DNA of 64,000 nucleotides from Bacillota bacterium (GTDB lineage Bacteria > Bacillota > Clostridia > Christensenellales > Aristaeellaceae): NCBI GenBank assembly GCA_023411175.1, contig JAEYPB010000043.1, forward strand, positions 19,324-83,323, read 5' to 3'. Position numbers and translations under genes: made by a program. This document shows positions 1 through 9,567 of this stretch, piece after piece (the first letter of the stretch is position 1; each line of letters begins with the position of its first letter). The notes under the pieces are model-generated. The model did no database searches. It had not been told where the DNA came from and saw only the letters and a program-made list of their open reading frames with translations.

Positions 1-294
1 GTAAACGGCGGATTCCCTTCACAGGGGCCGATTCCCATCGGCCCCTGAATCATCGAAAAACCTGCGGTTTAATCGATGTGAGGGGAGAACCTTCATGCGC
101 CTGTAATTCTCGCGGCCTTCCGGGCGGCGGATTGACCGAAGGAACGGTTTCTGCCACCAATGTTCGCACTGGTGGCAGAAACCGTTCCCGGCGTACACGC
201 CGCCTGGAACGATTGAACCCACGCGGAGACTTAGTTGGCGATCTGGGGGGCCGATTCCCGTCGGCCCCTGTGATCTTGTAATCGGAGGGGTTCC
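1..294 (+). promoter_or_regulatory. Structured 5' leader of the liv operon. Two near-identical direct-repeat hairpins (22-47 and 245-270: GGGGCCGAT-TCCC-ATCGGCCCC) flank a perfect 18-bp stem-loop (141-188). RBS GGAGGGG at 284-290.
   Basis: Stems read directly from the sequence. No T-box or other riboswitch consensus that I recognise. Confidence 0.35.
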
Positions 295-1176
295 ATGAGC
301 CTGACTACCCTGATGCAGCACCTCCTGACCGGCATTTCGCTGGGCGGCGCCTACGCGCTGATCGCCATCGGCTACACGATGGTGTACGGAATCCTGCGGC
401 TTATAAACTTCGCCCACGGCGACATCTTCATGATGGCGGGCTACTTCATGATCTTTGCCATGTCCAGCCTGCCCTGGCAAGTGTCTATCCCGATCGTAAT
501 CCTGTGCACGATTGCTCTGGGTTTTGTCATCGAGCGCGCAGCCTACGCGCCCCTTCGCACCGCGCCCCGGATGTCCATCATGATTTCGGCCATCGGCGTA
601 TCCTACCTCTTGCAGAACCTGGCCACCTACCTCTTCTCGGCGCTGCCGAAGCCCTATCCGGAGATCCCATTCCTCAAGCGCATCTTTGAAATCGGCAGCG
701 TTTCAGCGTCGCTGGTCACCTTCGTGACGCCAGTGGTCGCGATCCTTCTGGTCTGGGGCCTGACGCAGCTGATCAACCACACGAAGATCGGCATGGCGAT
801 GCGCGCCGTCAGCAAGGACTTTGAAACCTCCAAGCTCATGGGCATCAAGATCAACACCGTCATATCGGCCACCTTCGTGATTGGTTCGGCGCTGGCGGCG
901 GTGGGCTCGATCCTCTACTTCACCGACCGCATGTCGGTCAACCCCTTCAGCGGCACGCTGCCGGGCCTCAAGTGCTTTGTGGCGGCGGTCCTGGGCGGCA
1001 TCGGCTCGGTTCCGGGCGCAATGGTGGGCGGGTTTGTGATCGGCATGTTTGAGACGATCCTGGTGGCGGTGGGCGCGTCCACCTTCTCGGACGCCTTCAC
1101 GTTCGTGCTCTTGATCGTCATGCTGCTGTTCAGGCCCACCGGCCTCTTCGGCGAAAAGACTACGGATAAGGTGTGA
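295..1176 (+). CDS. livH: Branched-chain amino acid ABC transporter permease (LivH family)
   Basis: 293 aa, multi-TM. N-terminus MSLTTLMQHLLTGISLGGAYALIAIGYTMVYG is typical of LivH. First gene of a permease-permease-ATPase-ATPase block. Confidence 0.9.
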   Translation: MSLTTLMQHLLTGISLGGAYALIAIGYTMVYGILRLINFAHGDIFMMAGYFMIFAMSSLPWQVSIPIVILCTIALGFVIERAAYAPLRTAPRMSIMISAIGVSYLLQNLATYLFSALPKPYPEIPFLKRIFEIGSVSASLVTFVTPVVAILLVWGLTQLINHTKIGMAMRAVSKDFETSKLMGIKINTVISATFVIGSALAAVGSILYFTDRMSVNPFSGTLPGLKCFVAAVLGGIGSVPGAMVGGFVIGMFETILVAVGASTFSDAFTFVLLIVMLLFRPTGLFGEKTTDKV

Positions 1177-1182
1177 CGCGAT

Positions 1183-2295
1183 ATGAAAAAGACGACGAAG
1201 TGGATTCTATCGCTCATCACAATCGCACTCCTCTCCTACGGGCTTACCCTACTGGAGGAGAACCGGTTCGCGCAGGGCATGCTGTACTCGGTCATGCAGA
1301 AGAGCGCGATTCTGGCCATCGCGGCGGTTTCGATGAATCTTTTGAACGGCTTTACCGGCCTTTTCTCGCTGGGGCAGGCGGGCTTCATGGCGCTGGGCGC
1401 CTATACCACGGCCATCCTGACCATCCCCACCGGGAAGCTGGAGGGCGTGTACTACATGGACGGCATCTCCTCCGGCATCCTGGCCTTCCGCACCTTTCTG
1501 GACGGCGCCCCCGCCTGGCTGCAGACCGCCTATCCATTCCTGGCGCTCATCGCGGGCGGGCTGGTGGCGGCCGCCTTCGCCGCCGTCATCGGCATTCCAA
1601 TCCTGCGGCTCAAGAGCGATTATCTGGCCATCGCGACGCTCGGCTTTTCCGAGATCGTGCGCGCGCTAATCGCAAGCCCGCAGCTCAACCTCGTGACCAA
1701 CGGCTCCTATGGCCTGAAGAGCATCCCAAAGCTCGGCTCCATCGTGACCACCTTTATCATCGCGATGGTGTGCGTCGGGGCGATTGTGCTGCTCATCAAG
1801 TCCAGCTACGGCCGTGCGTTCAAGGCCATCCGCGAGGATGAGATCGCCGCCGAGGCGATGGGCATCAACCTTCTGAAGCACAAGAACCTGGCGTTCGTCA
1901 TCAGCTCCTTCTTCACGGCGGTATCGGGCGGCATGCTGGCGATGTTCATGCAGTCGATCGACTCCTCCACCTTCAAGATCGCGATGACCTACGACATTCT
2001 CCTGATCGTGGTCATCGGCGGCATCGGCTCGGTGACGGGCAGCGTACTGTCGGCATTCCTCGTGACCGCCGCCAAGGAGTGGTGGCTCAGGTTCTTCGAT
2101 ACGCCGCTCACCATCGGCGATTTTCAGGTGCCGCTACTGCGCACCGGCTTTCGGATGGTCGTGTTCTCGGTGCTACTCATGGCGGTGGTGCTGTTCTACC
2201 GCAGGGGGCTGATGGGCACGAACGAATTCTCCTGGGACTTCTTCTGGAAGAAGCGAAGCGCCGGGACGACGGGGGGTGCGCGGGATGGCAAATAA
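1183..2295 (+). CDS. livM: Branched-chain amino acid ABC transporter permease (LivM family)
   Basis: 370 aa, hydrophobic. Contains the LivM-like GQAGFMALGAYTTAIL segment. Its stop overlaps the livG start. Confidence 0.9.
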   Translation: MKKTTKWILSLITIALLSYGLTLLEENRFAQGMLYSVMQKSAILAIAAVSMNLLNGFTGLFSLGQAGFMALGAYTTAILTIPTGKLEGVYYMDGISSGILAFRTFLDGAPAWLQTAYPFLALIAGGLVAAAFAAVIGIPILRLKSDYLAIATLGFSEIVRALIASPQLNLVTNGSYGLKSIPKLGSIVTTFIIAMVCVGAIVLLIKSSYGRAFKAIREDEIAAEAMGINLLKHKNLAFVISSFFTAVSGGMLAMFMQSIDSSTFKIAMTYDILLIVVIGGIGSVTGSVLSAFLVTAAKEWWLRFFDTPLTIGDFQVPLLRTGFRMVVFSVLLMAVVLFYRRGLMGTNEFSWDFFWKKRSAGTTGGARDGK

Positions 2296-3124
2296 CGTAT
2301 TGCATCTGGACAATGTGACCATGCAGTTCGGCGGCGTGGTCGCCGTCAGCGATCTGTCGCTGGACGTCAACGAAGGCGAGATCGTGGCCCTCATCGGCCC
2401 CAACGGCGCGGGCAAGACGACGGCCTTCAACGTCATCACCGGCGTCTACGCGCCCACCAACGGCCGGGTCGTGCTGCGCGGACAGACAATCGCGGAAGGC
2501 TACCCCACCGGAAAGATGAAAAAGCTCTACGCCGCCGGGCACAACGGCGAGTACACGAAGCTGATTTCGAACACGCCCGACAGGATCACGATGAAGGGCG
2601 TGGCGCGAACCTTCCAGAACATCCGCCTTTTCAAGGACCTGACGGTATTTGAAAACGTGCTGATCGCCAAGCACCTGCACGTGAAGTCGAATGTGCTCTC
2701 CGCCACCTTCAAGCTCAACTGGGCGGAAGAGCGGCGCATGCGGCGCGAGACGCTGGAATTGATCGATTCGCTGGGGCTGGGCAGCGTCAAGGACGAAAAG
2801 AGCTCCTCCCTCCCCTACGGCAAGCAGCGGGTGCTGGAGATCGTCCGCGCTCTGGCCACGAACCCGAGCCTGCTCCTTCTGGATGAGCCCGCCGCCGGCA
2901 TGAACCCGCAGGAGACCGACGAGCTTTCGGACTTCATCCGCAAGATCAAGGACCGGTTCGGCCTCACCGTTTTCATGATCGAGCACCACATGAACCTGGT
3001 CATGGACATCTCCGACCGCATCTACGTGATCGACTTCGGGAAGTACATCGCTTCCGGCACACCCGCCGAGGTGCAGTTTAACCCGGACGTCATCAAGGCC
3101 TACTTGGGGGTGGAAGAAGCATGA
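2276..3124 (+). CDS. livG: Branched-chain amino acid ABC transporter ATP-binding protein (LivG family)
   Basis: Walker A GPNGAGKTT, ABC signature and Walker B LLLLDEP. Has the LivG-type insertion. Confidence 0.9.
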   Translation: MRGMANNVLHLDNVTMQFGGVVAVSDLSLDVNEGEIVALIGPNGAGKTTAFNVITGVYAPTNGRVVLRGQTIAEGYPTGKMKKLYAAGHNGEYTKLISNTPDRITMKGVARTFQNIRLFKDLTVFENVLIAKHLHVKSNVLSATFKLNWAEERRMRRETLELIDSLGLGSVKDEKSSSLPYGKQRVLEIVRALATNPSLLLLDEPAAGMNPQETDELSDFIRKIKDRFGLTVFMIEHHMNLVMDISDRIYVIDFGKYIASGTPAEVQFNPDVIKAYLGVEEA

Positions 3125-3852
3125 GCCTGTTAACCGTCAAGGACCTCAAGGTCAGCTTCGGCGGCATCGAAGCCCTCAAGGGCATCTCCTTTTCGGTGGA
3201 GGAAGGCGCCATCGTCACGCTGATCGGCGCAAACGGCGCGGGCAAATCCACGACCCTGCGGGCCATCAGCGGCCTGGTGCGTCCGTCCGCCGGGACGATT
3301 ACTTACGCCGGTGAGTCCATCGGCGGCATGGACACCCAGAAAATCGTCGAGAAGGGCATCGCGCTGGTGCCGGAGGGGCGCCGCGTATTCCCGAACCTGA
3401 CGGTGCTGGAGAACCTTCGGATCGGCGCGTACATGCGCACCGACAAGGCCGGCATCGAATCGGACATTGAGCACGTCTACCACCTGTTCCCGCGCCTCAA
3501 GGAGCGGCACTGGCAGCTGGCGGGCACCCTCTCCGGCGGCGAGCAGCAGATGCTGGCGGTCGGCAGGGGCCTCATGTCCAAGCCCAGGATCCTCATGATG
3601 GACGAGCCCTCGCTGGGCCTCGCGCCGATGGTCGTCCGGGACATCTTCTCGATCATCAGAACCCTCAACGCAGAGGGCATCACGATCCTCCTGATCGAGC
3701 AGAACGCAAACGCCGCGCTTCGCGCCGCGAGGACCGGGTACGTTCTGGAGACCGGGCGCATCACCCTCTCCGGCACCGGGCAGGAACTGCTCGAAAACGC
3801 GCAGGTGCGCGAGGCGTACCTGGGCAAGACCCGCGAGGGCGCCAACGGCTAG
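3121..3852 (+). CDS. livF: Branched-chain amino acid ABC transporter ATP-binding protein (LivF family)
   Basis: Walker A GANGAGKST, signature LSGGEQQML and Walker B ILMMDEP. The ATGA start overlaps the livG stop. Confidence 0.9.
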   Translation: MSLLTVKDLKVSFGGIEALKGISFSVEEGAIVTLIGANGAGKSTTLRAISGLVRPSAGTITYAGESIGGMDTQKIVEKGIALVPEGRRVFPNLTVLENLRIGAYMRTDKAGIESDIEHVYHLFPRLKERHWQLAGTLSGGEQQMLAVGRGLMSKPRILMMDEPSLGLAPMVVRDIFSIIRTLNAEGITILLIEQNANAALRAARTGYVLETGRITLSGTGQELLENAQVREAYLGKTREGANG

Positions 3853-3865
3853 CTCATAAAAACAA

Positions 3866-3912
3866 GAAAAGCATAGGCGAGACGCTTGTCCGCCTGTGCT
3901 TTTCCTTTTTCG
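3866..3912. terminator. Imperfect GC-rich hairpin followed by a T-run. Probable bidirectional terminator between livF and the convergent ABC exporter.
   Basis: AAAAGCATAGGCGAGAC-GCTT-GTCCGCCTGTGCTTTT, then CCTTTTTC. Confidence 0.4.
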
Positions 3913-3929
3913 GACGTCAGGGCGTCGAA

Positions 3930-5801
3930 TCACCCTTGACGATTCTCCTCCTCTAGCAGAACCTCTTGCGCTTCCATTGCCATGCCCATCTGGCTGACCA
4001 CCATTTCATAATAGCGCCCCTTTGCCGCCATCAGCGCCTCGTGATTGCCGCGCTCAACAATTCGGCCGCCGGAGAGCACCAGGATCTGATCCGCATCGCG
4101 GATGGTGGACAGGCGGTGGGCGATCAAAAAGGACGTGCGCCCGGCCTTCAGCCCCAGCATCGCCCGCTGGATGTCCTTCTCGGTCTTGGTATCGACGGAA
4201 GAGGTGGCCTCGTCCAGGATCAGGATGCGGCTCTCCGACAATACCGCCCGGGCGATGGCGAGGAGCTGCCGCTGCCCTTCGCTGAGGGAGTCGGCCTTTC
4301 CGGTCAATTCGGTCTGATAGCCCCTCGGTAGCCGCTCGATGAAGCCGTGGGCGCGGGCCAGCTTCGCGGCCTCGATCACGTCCGAGTCCGGCGCGCCGGG
4401 GCGGGCATAGCGGATGTTGTCCATGATGGTGCCGGTAAAAAGGCATGTGTCCTGCAATACCACCGAGAATACGCGGCGAAGGCTTTCCCGCGTCACGCGC
4501 CGGATGTCCTGATTGTCGATTTCGATTCGGCCGGAATCCGGGTCGTAAAACCGGGTCAAGAGGTTCACGATCGTGGTCTTTCCGGAGCCTGTCTCCCCCA
4601 CCAGCGCACAGGTCTGCCCTGCGGGGACGTCGAACGACACGCGCTCCAGCACCGGTTTGACGCCGTCGTAGGAAAAGCTCACATCCTCAAACCGCACGCC
4701 GCCGCCGCGGGCGTCCATCTCCGCCGCGCCGGGCGCGTCCGGCGCTTCCTCTTCCTCGTCCATCACTTCGAACACCCGCTCCGCGCCGGCCAGCGCAGAC
4801 TGTAGGTTCGCGAATAGCCCGGCCACCGCGCTCAACGGCCGCGAGAACTGCTTGGAGTAGCTGAGAAAACTGACCACCGCGCCGATGGACAGCCCCGCCG
4901 TGATCGAAAGCCATCCGCCCGCGATGGACACCAGCGCGAAGGTGAGGTTTCCGATCACGTTGACCAGCGGCATCATGAGGCCCGCCCAGATCTGCGCGCG
5001 GTATGCACTCTCAAGGAACTTCCCATTGATGTCGTCGAGCGCCTCGAGCACCGCCCGCTGCCGGGAAAACGCCTTGACCAGCCGAAGGCCTGTGATCGTC
5101 TCCTCCACCACACCGTTCATCGCCCCCAGCGCGCGCTGCTGTGCAAGAAAATGTGCGCGGCTCTTCTTCGCGATCAGCCGCATGAGCAGCGCCACCAGCG
5201 GCACCGACAGAAGCGTAACCCCCGTCAGCGGCAGGCTCATGGACAGCATCACCGCAAGAGACCCCGCAAGCGACAGCACGCTCGACAGAATCTGCGTGGT
5301 GGACTGGGCGATGGTGGACGAGATGTTGTCCACGTCGCTTGACAGGCGGCTCATCGTGTCGCCGTGGGGGCGGGTGTCGAAGAACCGGAGGGGCAGGCGC
5401 TGCAGCTTCCCAAAGAACGCTTCGCGAAGGCCCCGCACCAGCCGCTGGGACGCCCGGAGCATCATTAGGTCGCAGGCGGAGCCGGAAAGATAATTCGCGA
5501 TGGTCAGAAGCACGATGGCTGTCAGACAGCTTCTAAAAAGATCCCCATCCAGCCGCTCCCCGGCAAAGGCATTGAAGGCGCGGCCCGTCCAGTAGGGAAT
5601 CAGCACCTGCAGCGCCGCCGAAGCGACGGTGAGAAGTGCGACCGCGACCAGCATGGCCTTCTGCTCCCGGTACAGCGCCGCCACGCGCATCAGCGTGCCG
5701 CGCTGGTCCCGCGCCTTCTCGCGCGGCGCAAACCGCGCGGCCATGCTGCTAAATCCACGGCCGATCTGGGGATCCTTGCCAGACGGCTGCCGCTGGCTCA
5801 T
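3930..5801 (-). CDS. ABC exporter, fused permease/ATPase half-transporter (type I exporter; heterodimer partner A)
   Basis: 623 aa with an N-terminal six-TM domain and a C-terminal NBD (GETGSGKTT, LSEGQRQLL, ILILDEAT). The true start is probably internal (MAARF... or MRVAAL...). Confidence 0.85.
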   Translation of the reverse strand: MSQRQPSGKDPQIGRGFSSMAARFAPREKARDQRGTLMRVAALYREQKAMLVAVALLTVASAALQVLIPYWTGRAFNAFAGERLDGDLFRSCLTAIVLLTIANYLSGSACDLMMLRASQRLVRGLREAFFGKLQRLPLRFFDTRPHGDTMSRLSSDVDNISSTIAQSTTQILSSVLSLAGSLAVMLSMSLPLTGVTLLSVPLVALLMRLIAKKSRAHFLAQQRALGAMNGVVEETITGLRLVKAFSRQRAVLEALDDINGKFLESAYRAQIWAGLMMPLVNVIGNLTFALVSIAGGWLSITAGLSIGAVVSFLSYSKQFSRPLSAVAGLFANLQSALAGAERVFEVMDEEEEAPDAPGAAEMDARGGGVRFEDVSFSYDGVKPVLERVSFDVPAGQTCALVGETGSGKTTIVNLLTRFYDPDSGRIEIDNQDIRRVTRESLRRVFSVVLQDTCLFTGTIMDNIRYARPGAPDSDVIEAAKLARAHGFIERLPRGYQTELTGKADSLSEGQRQLLAIARAVLSESRILILDEATSSVDTKTEKDIQRAMLGLKAGRTSFLIAHRLSTIRDADQILVLSGGRIVERGNHEALMAAKGRYYEMVVSQMGMAMEAQEVLLEEENRQG

Positions 5802-7522
5802 GCCATCGCCCCCTCTCCGGCCACCTGGGAGCGGTACAGCGCCTGGTATGTCTCGCAGGTTTCCATCAGCTCGGCGTGGGTGCCGAGGCCCACCGCACGG
5901 CCGCCGTCCAGCACCAGGATGGAATCGGCGAACATCGCGGCGGTGGTGCGCTGGGTAATCAGGACCAGCGTTCGGCCTTCCCGCGCGCGGACGAGGGCAT
6001 CCCGAACCTTCGCCTCGGTCAGCGCGTCCAGTGCGCTGGTAGCGTCGTCAATGATCAGCACCTTTGATTTTTTGACCAGCGCCCGGGCGATGGAGAGCCG
6101 CTGCTTCTGCCCGCCCGAAAGGTTGACCGCGCCGCTCTCGAGCCGGCGTTCCAATCCCTCGGGCGCATCCTCCAGAAAGTCCGCCTGCGCTCGTCGCAGC
6201 GCCGCCCACATTTCTCCATCCGTCGCCTCAGGGTCGCCCCAGCGGAGGTTCTCCGCCGCGGTGCCGGTAACGAGCAGCGCCTTTTGCGGCGCCAGCGCCA
6301 CCGCGGCGCGCAGCGCCTCCACGTTCATATCTCGGACATCCCGGCCGCCCAGGAGAATCCTTCCGCCGCTCACGTCGTAAAACCGGAGCAAAAGCCATGC
6401 CAGCGTGGATTTTCCGCTGCCGGTGGGGCCGATTACCGCGAGGCTTCGCCCCGCCGCCACCTTAAAGCTCACGTCGTCCAGCGCGTAAAGCCCGCTGCCG
6501 CCGGGGTAGGCAAAGCGCACGCCGTCAAATTCCACGCTGCCGCCGGAAGGCTCCGGAGCGCCTTCCTCGGGCGCAAAGTCCTCCTCGGCTTCAAAGACCT
6601 CCTTGATGCGCAGCGCGGAGGCCTTCGTGCGCACGAAGACCGTGAAGATGTTGGTCATCATCGTCAGGGAAATGAGAATCTGGGCCATGTAAACCGTGAA
6701 GGCGGAAATGTCGCCCGGCGTCGCCGCGCCGGATTCAAACAGCTTTCCGCCCAGATAGAGAATAAACGCGGTGCCGAGGCCGATGGCGAGGGTCATCAAC
6801 GGCGACAGCAGGGTAATCACCATCTGCGCCGAGACCTCCCGGCGCATGAGGGTTTCGTTGGCCTCGCCAAACCGGGCGGACTCCGCATCATAGGTGCCGA
6901 AGGCCTTGACCAGCCGGATGCCCGCCAGGTACTCCTGCACCACCGAATTCATCCGGTCCACCGCCAGTTGCAGGCGGGCGAAGCGGGGGTAGCTCAGGCG
7001 CATGCTGAGGACGATCAGCCCCGCCACCAGAAAGACCACGCCGTAGACCACGAGGCTGAGCTTCAGGTTCAGCATCGACGCCAGCAGGATACTGCCAAAG
7101 CAAGTAATCGGCGCTTTCAGAAAGATGCGCATCGCGCCGTTGACGAACTGAACGATCTGGTTTATGTCGCTCGTCTGCCGGGTGATCAGAGATCCGGTAG
7201 AGATCCTGTCCGCACCGGCCTCGGAGAACTTCAGAATTTTTTCAAACTGGTCGCGCCGAAGGTTTGCGCCCACCTGCTGGGAAACCCGGCTGGACAGCGC
7301 GTTCCGCGCCAGCGCGAACAGCGCGCCCACCGCGGTGACCAGGAGCATCGCGCCGCCCCAGTAGCCCACGCGCTCGAGATTTGACGCGCGCACGCCCTCG
7401 TCCAGTATGCGCGCCATGATCGTCGGCCCGAGAAGATCGCAAACCGCCTCCATCGCCACGCAGAGGATCGCGAGAAGGAAGGGCCGCTTGTAGGTCAGAT
7501 AGTACTTTTGGAAAATGCCCAT
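5798..7522 (-). CDS. ABC exporter, fused permease/ATPase half-transporter (heterodimer partner B)
   Basis: 574 aa with TMD plus NBD (GPTGSGKST, LSGGQKQRL, LIIDDATS). Its stop overlaps the start of the downstream partner by 4 nt. Confidence 0.85.
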   Translation of the reverse strand: MGIFQKYYLTYKRPFLLAILCVAMEAVCDLLGPTIMARILDEGVRASNLERVGYWGGAMLLVTAVGALFALARNALSSRVSQQVGANLRRDQFEKILKFSEAGADRISTGSLITRQTSDINQIVQFVNGAMRIFLKAPITCFGSILLASMLNLKLSLVVYGVVFLVAGLIVLSMRLSYPRFARLQLAVDRMNSVVQEYLAGIRLVKAFGTYDAESARFGEANETLMRREVSAQMVITLLSPLMTLAIGLGTAFILYLGGKLFESGAATPGDISAFTVYMAQILISLTMMTNIFTVFVRTKASALRIKEVFEAEEDFAPEEGAPEPSGGSVEFDGVRFAYPGGSGLYALDDVSFKVAAGRSLAVIGPTGSGKSTLAWLLLRFYDVSGGRILLGGRDVRDMNVEALRAAVALAPQKALLVTGTAAENLRWGDPEATDGEMWAALRRAQADFLEDAPEGLERRLESGAVNLSGGQKQRLSIARALVKKSKVLIIDDATSALDALTEAKVRDALVRAREGRTLVLITQRTTAAMFADSILVLDGGRAVGLGTHAELMETCETYQALYRSQVAGEGAMA

Positions 7523-7572
7523 ACATCCCCCCGAGGTGCTTCTGTTGCGTGTTTCAAGCGCTTTGCGCCAGG

Positions 7573-7983
7573 CTACGGCGCTTTACGCGCCTCCGCGCGC
7601 AATACCTCGCACAGCCGCGCCGCCAGCGGCACATCCGCAGGCGCGAAATCGACGGTTTCAAGCCCTTCGGCCGTCACCCATTCCATCCTGTCGTGCACGG
7701 AAAGGGCGATCTCCCCGCCGGTCCAGCGGAACCTGTACAGTCTTAGCGTAATCGGATAAAAATCATACGCATGGTCGCATTCTGCGACGAAGTTCAGGGT
7801 CTCGCCGGAGATGCTCAGTTCCTCCCAAAGTTCCCGCTCCAACGCGCGACCTTCGCGCTCGCCCGGCTCCACCTTGCCACCGGGGAACTCCCACATGCCC
7901 GCCAGCTTCTGCCCCGGCGCACGCCGGAGCACCAGCACCCGGCCGTCCCGCTCCACCGCCGCGGCCACCACCGTCACGGCCAT
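7573..7983 (-). CDS. NUDIX hydrolase (MutT/CTP-pyrophosphohydrolase-like)
   Basis: Nudix box GGKVEPGEREGRALERELWEELSI. The start was moved to the internal Met (MAVTVV...). Confidence 0.8.
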   Translation of the reverse strand: MAVTVVAAAVERDGRVLVLRRAPGQKLAGMWEFPGGKVEPGEREGRALERELWEELSISGETLNFVAECDHAYDFYPITLRLYRFRWTGGEIALSVHDRMEWVTAEGLETVDFAPADVPLAARLCEVLRAEARKAP

Positions 7984-8118
7984 TGCCCTCTCCCCTTTAT
8001 CCCACATTGCATTTCGCCTTTTTACCTATGCAAACGCTGCCATTATACCACTTTCCCGGGGAACCGTGAAGGTTTTTCCGCCGTCTAACCGATGTATTTC
8101 CACCAAGGAGGGACCCCT

Positions 8119-8304
8119 ATGAGCAATCTTCCCAGACAAAAGATGGGAAAGCGCCAGCGCCGCACGCTGGATGAAAGCACCCGGCGCACGTGGCAGGTTT
8201 CCCCGGTCACGCGAACAAAGCCCAGCAAGAAGCTCTATGACCGCAAAAAGCGCCGGATGGATGATGATTTCCATGCGACGCTTTTTGCTTTCAGAGCCGC
8301 CTGA
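8119..8304 (+). CDS. Small, very basic hypothetical protein (61 aa, rich in K/R)
   Basis: Strong RBS AAGGAGGGA 7 nt upstream of the ATG at 8119. No recognisable family. Confidence 0.4.
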   Translation: MSNLPRQKMGKRQRRTLDESTRRTWQVSPVTRTKPSKKLYDRKKRRMDDDFHATLFAFRAA

Positions 8305-8397
8305 CCGCCGCGCGGTTCGGTGGACTTTCCCGTCTTTCCAAACCCGATCCGGAATGGTATAATGACAAAAACCCGTTCATGGATTGGGAGGACTCTC

Positions 8398-8859
8398 ATG
8401 CGCAGGAAAGACCTGGAAGTGACCGAAAAAGAACAGCTCAAGGAAATTCTGGACAGCTGCAAGGTATGTCGGCTGGGCATCTACGGCGAGCCGCCCTACA
8501 TTGTCCCGATGAATTTTGGCTATACCTGGACGGATGGCCTGACGCTCTACTTCCACAGCGCCCCCAAGGGCCGCAAGATCGACCTTTTGAAGGAACACCC
8601 GAAGGTGTCCTTCGAGATGGACTGCGACCACCGCCTGGTAACCGGCGCCACCGCCTGCCGCTATACATACCGCTACGCAAGCCTCTACGGCGAGGGGAAT
8701 GTCCGCTTCATCGAAGCCTACGATGATAAGCTGGCGGCGCTCAAGACAATCATGGCGCGGGTAACGGGCACGGACGATTACCAGTACGAGGAAGCCGCGG
8801 TCAAAAGCGTCCAGGTGTTCGCGGTGGAGGCAAGCGGGGTCTCCGGCAAGAAACGGTAA
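8398..8859 (+). CDS. Pyridoxamine 5'-phosphate oxidase-like FMN-binding protein (PNPOx/NimA-like split-barrel)
   Basis: LGIYGEPPYIVPMNFGYTWTDGLTLYFHSAPKGRKIDLL is typical of the family. Extended -10 TGGTATAAT at 8356-8364 and RBS GGGAGGAC. Confidence 0.75.
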   Translation: MRRKDLEVTEKEQLKEILDSCKVCRLGIYGEPPYIVPMNFGYTWTDGLTLYFHSAPKGRKIDLLKEHPKVSFEMDCDHRLVTGATACRYTYRYASLYGEGNVRFIEAYDDKLAALKTIMARVTGTDDYQYEEAAVKSVQVFAVEASGVSGKKR

Positions 8860-8888
8860 AACCCAATTGAAACAAGAGGAGAAAAGAG

Positions 8889-9509
8889 ATGAAACACAGA
8901 ATCGCTGCGCTGGTCCTGGCGCTGGTCCTGATCGCGCTCCCTGCCTTCGCGCAGACCGTAGAGGAGGAACTGGCCACCTATTGGGAAAAAGCGAATCCGC
9001 TCCATGCGCAGATTGAGGCGTTGGGCGCGCGGCAGACCGAAATCTACCTTCAGTTCGGGCTTTCGCTGACTGATGAGGACGGCGAAGTCATGGACGACGC
9101 CGCCTATGAACAGTACGTTCGCGATCTGGGCGTGCTGACCGAGGACGAACTCAAGACGCTGATGGATGCCAACGCGGAGATCGTAAAGCTGGCCGGTGAT
9201 GTGGAGGAATTGTCCGCCTCCTACCAAGCCTCCAGCGATCCCGCCGAGCAGAATGTGCTGGACGGCCTGATCCACTTCAAAAACGACCAGATTCAGGCAC
9301 AGGTGAAGGCCATCGCCGAACTGGACGACAAACTGCGCGTCGCGGAGGAGACCAACTACGTGATGGGCCTTGACGGCCTTGACGACGCGGCCCGGCAGGA
9401 GCTTCTTTCCATGTACGCCACCCAGCGCGATGTGGAAAAGCAGCTGAGCGCGCTGGAGGAAGCCTTAAGCGACGCGGCCCAGGACGAACTGTACGGGCAC
9501 GACCATTAA
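8889..9509 (+). CDS. Secreted hypothetical protein: signal peptide, then an acidic coiled-coil region
   Basis: MKHRIAALVLALVLIALPAFAQ signal peptide. RBS GAGGAGAAAAG. Confidence 0.7.
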   Translation: MKHRIAALVLALVLIALPAFAQTVEEELATYWEKANPLHAQIEALGARQTEIYLQFGLSLTDEDGEVMDDAAYEQYVRDLGVLTEDELKTLMDANAEIVKLAGDVEELSASYQASSDPAEQNVLDGLIHFKNDQIQAQVKAIAELDDKLRVAEETNYVMGLDGLDDAARQELLSMYATQRDVEKQLSALEEALSDAAQDELYGHDH

Positions 9510-9523
9510 TTACGCAATGAAAA

Positions 9524-9554
9524 GGCGCCGCTTTGCGACAAGCGGCGCTTTTTC
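9524..9554. terminator. Bidirectional intrinsic terminator between two convergent genes
   Basis: GGCGCCGC-TTTGCGACA-GCGGCGC hairpin flanked by AAAA on one side and TTTTT on the other. Confidence 0.5.
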
Positions 9555-9567
9555 TATCTTTAGTCCA

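Noticed and set aside
19-480. Track ORFs 19..480 (-) and 78..281 (+) overlapping the liv leader and the livH start
   Set aside because: They overlap the structured leader and a strongly supported LivH CDS on the other strand. There is no RBS and no family resemblance. They are typical long spurious frames in high-GC DNA.
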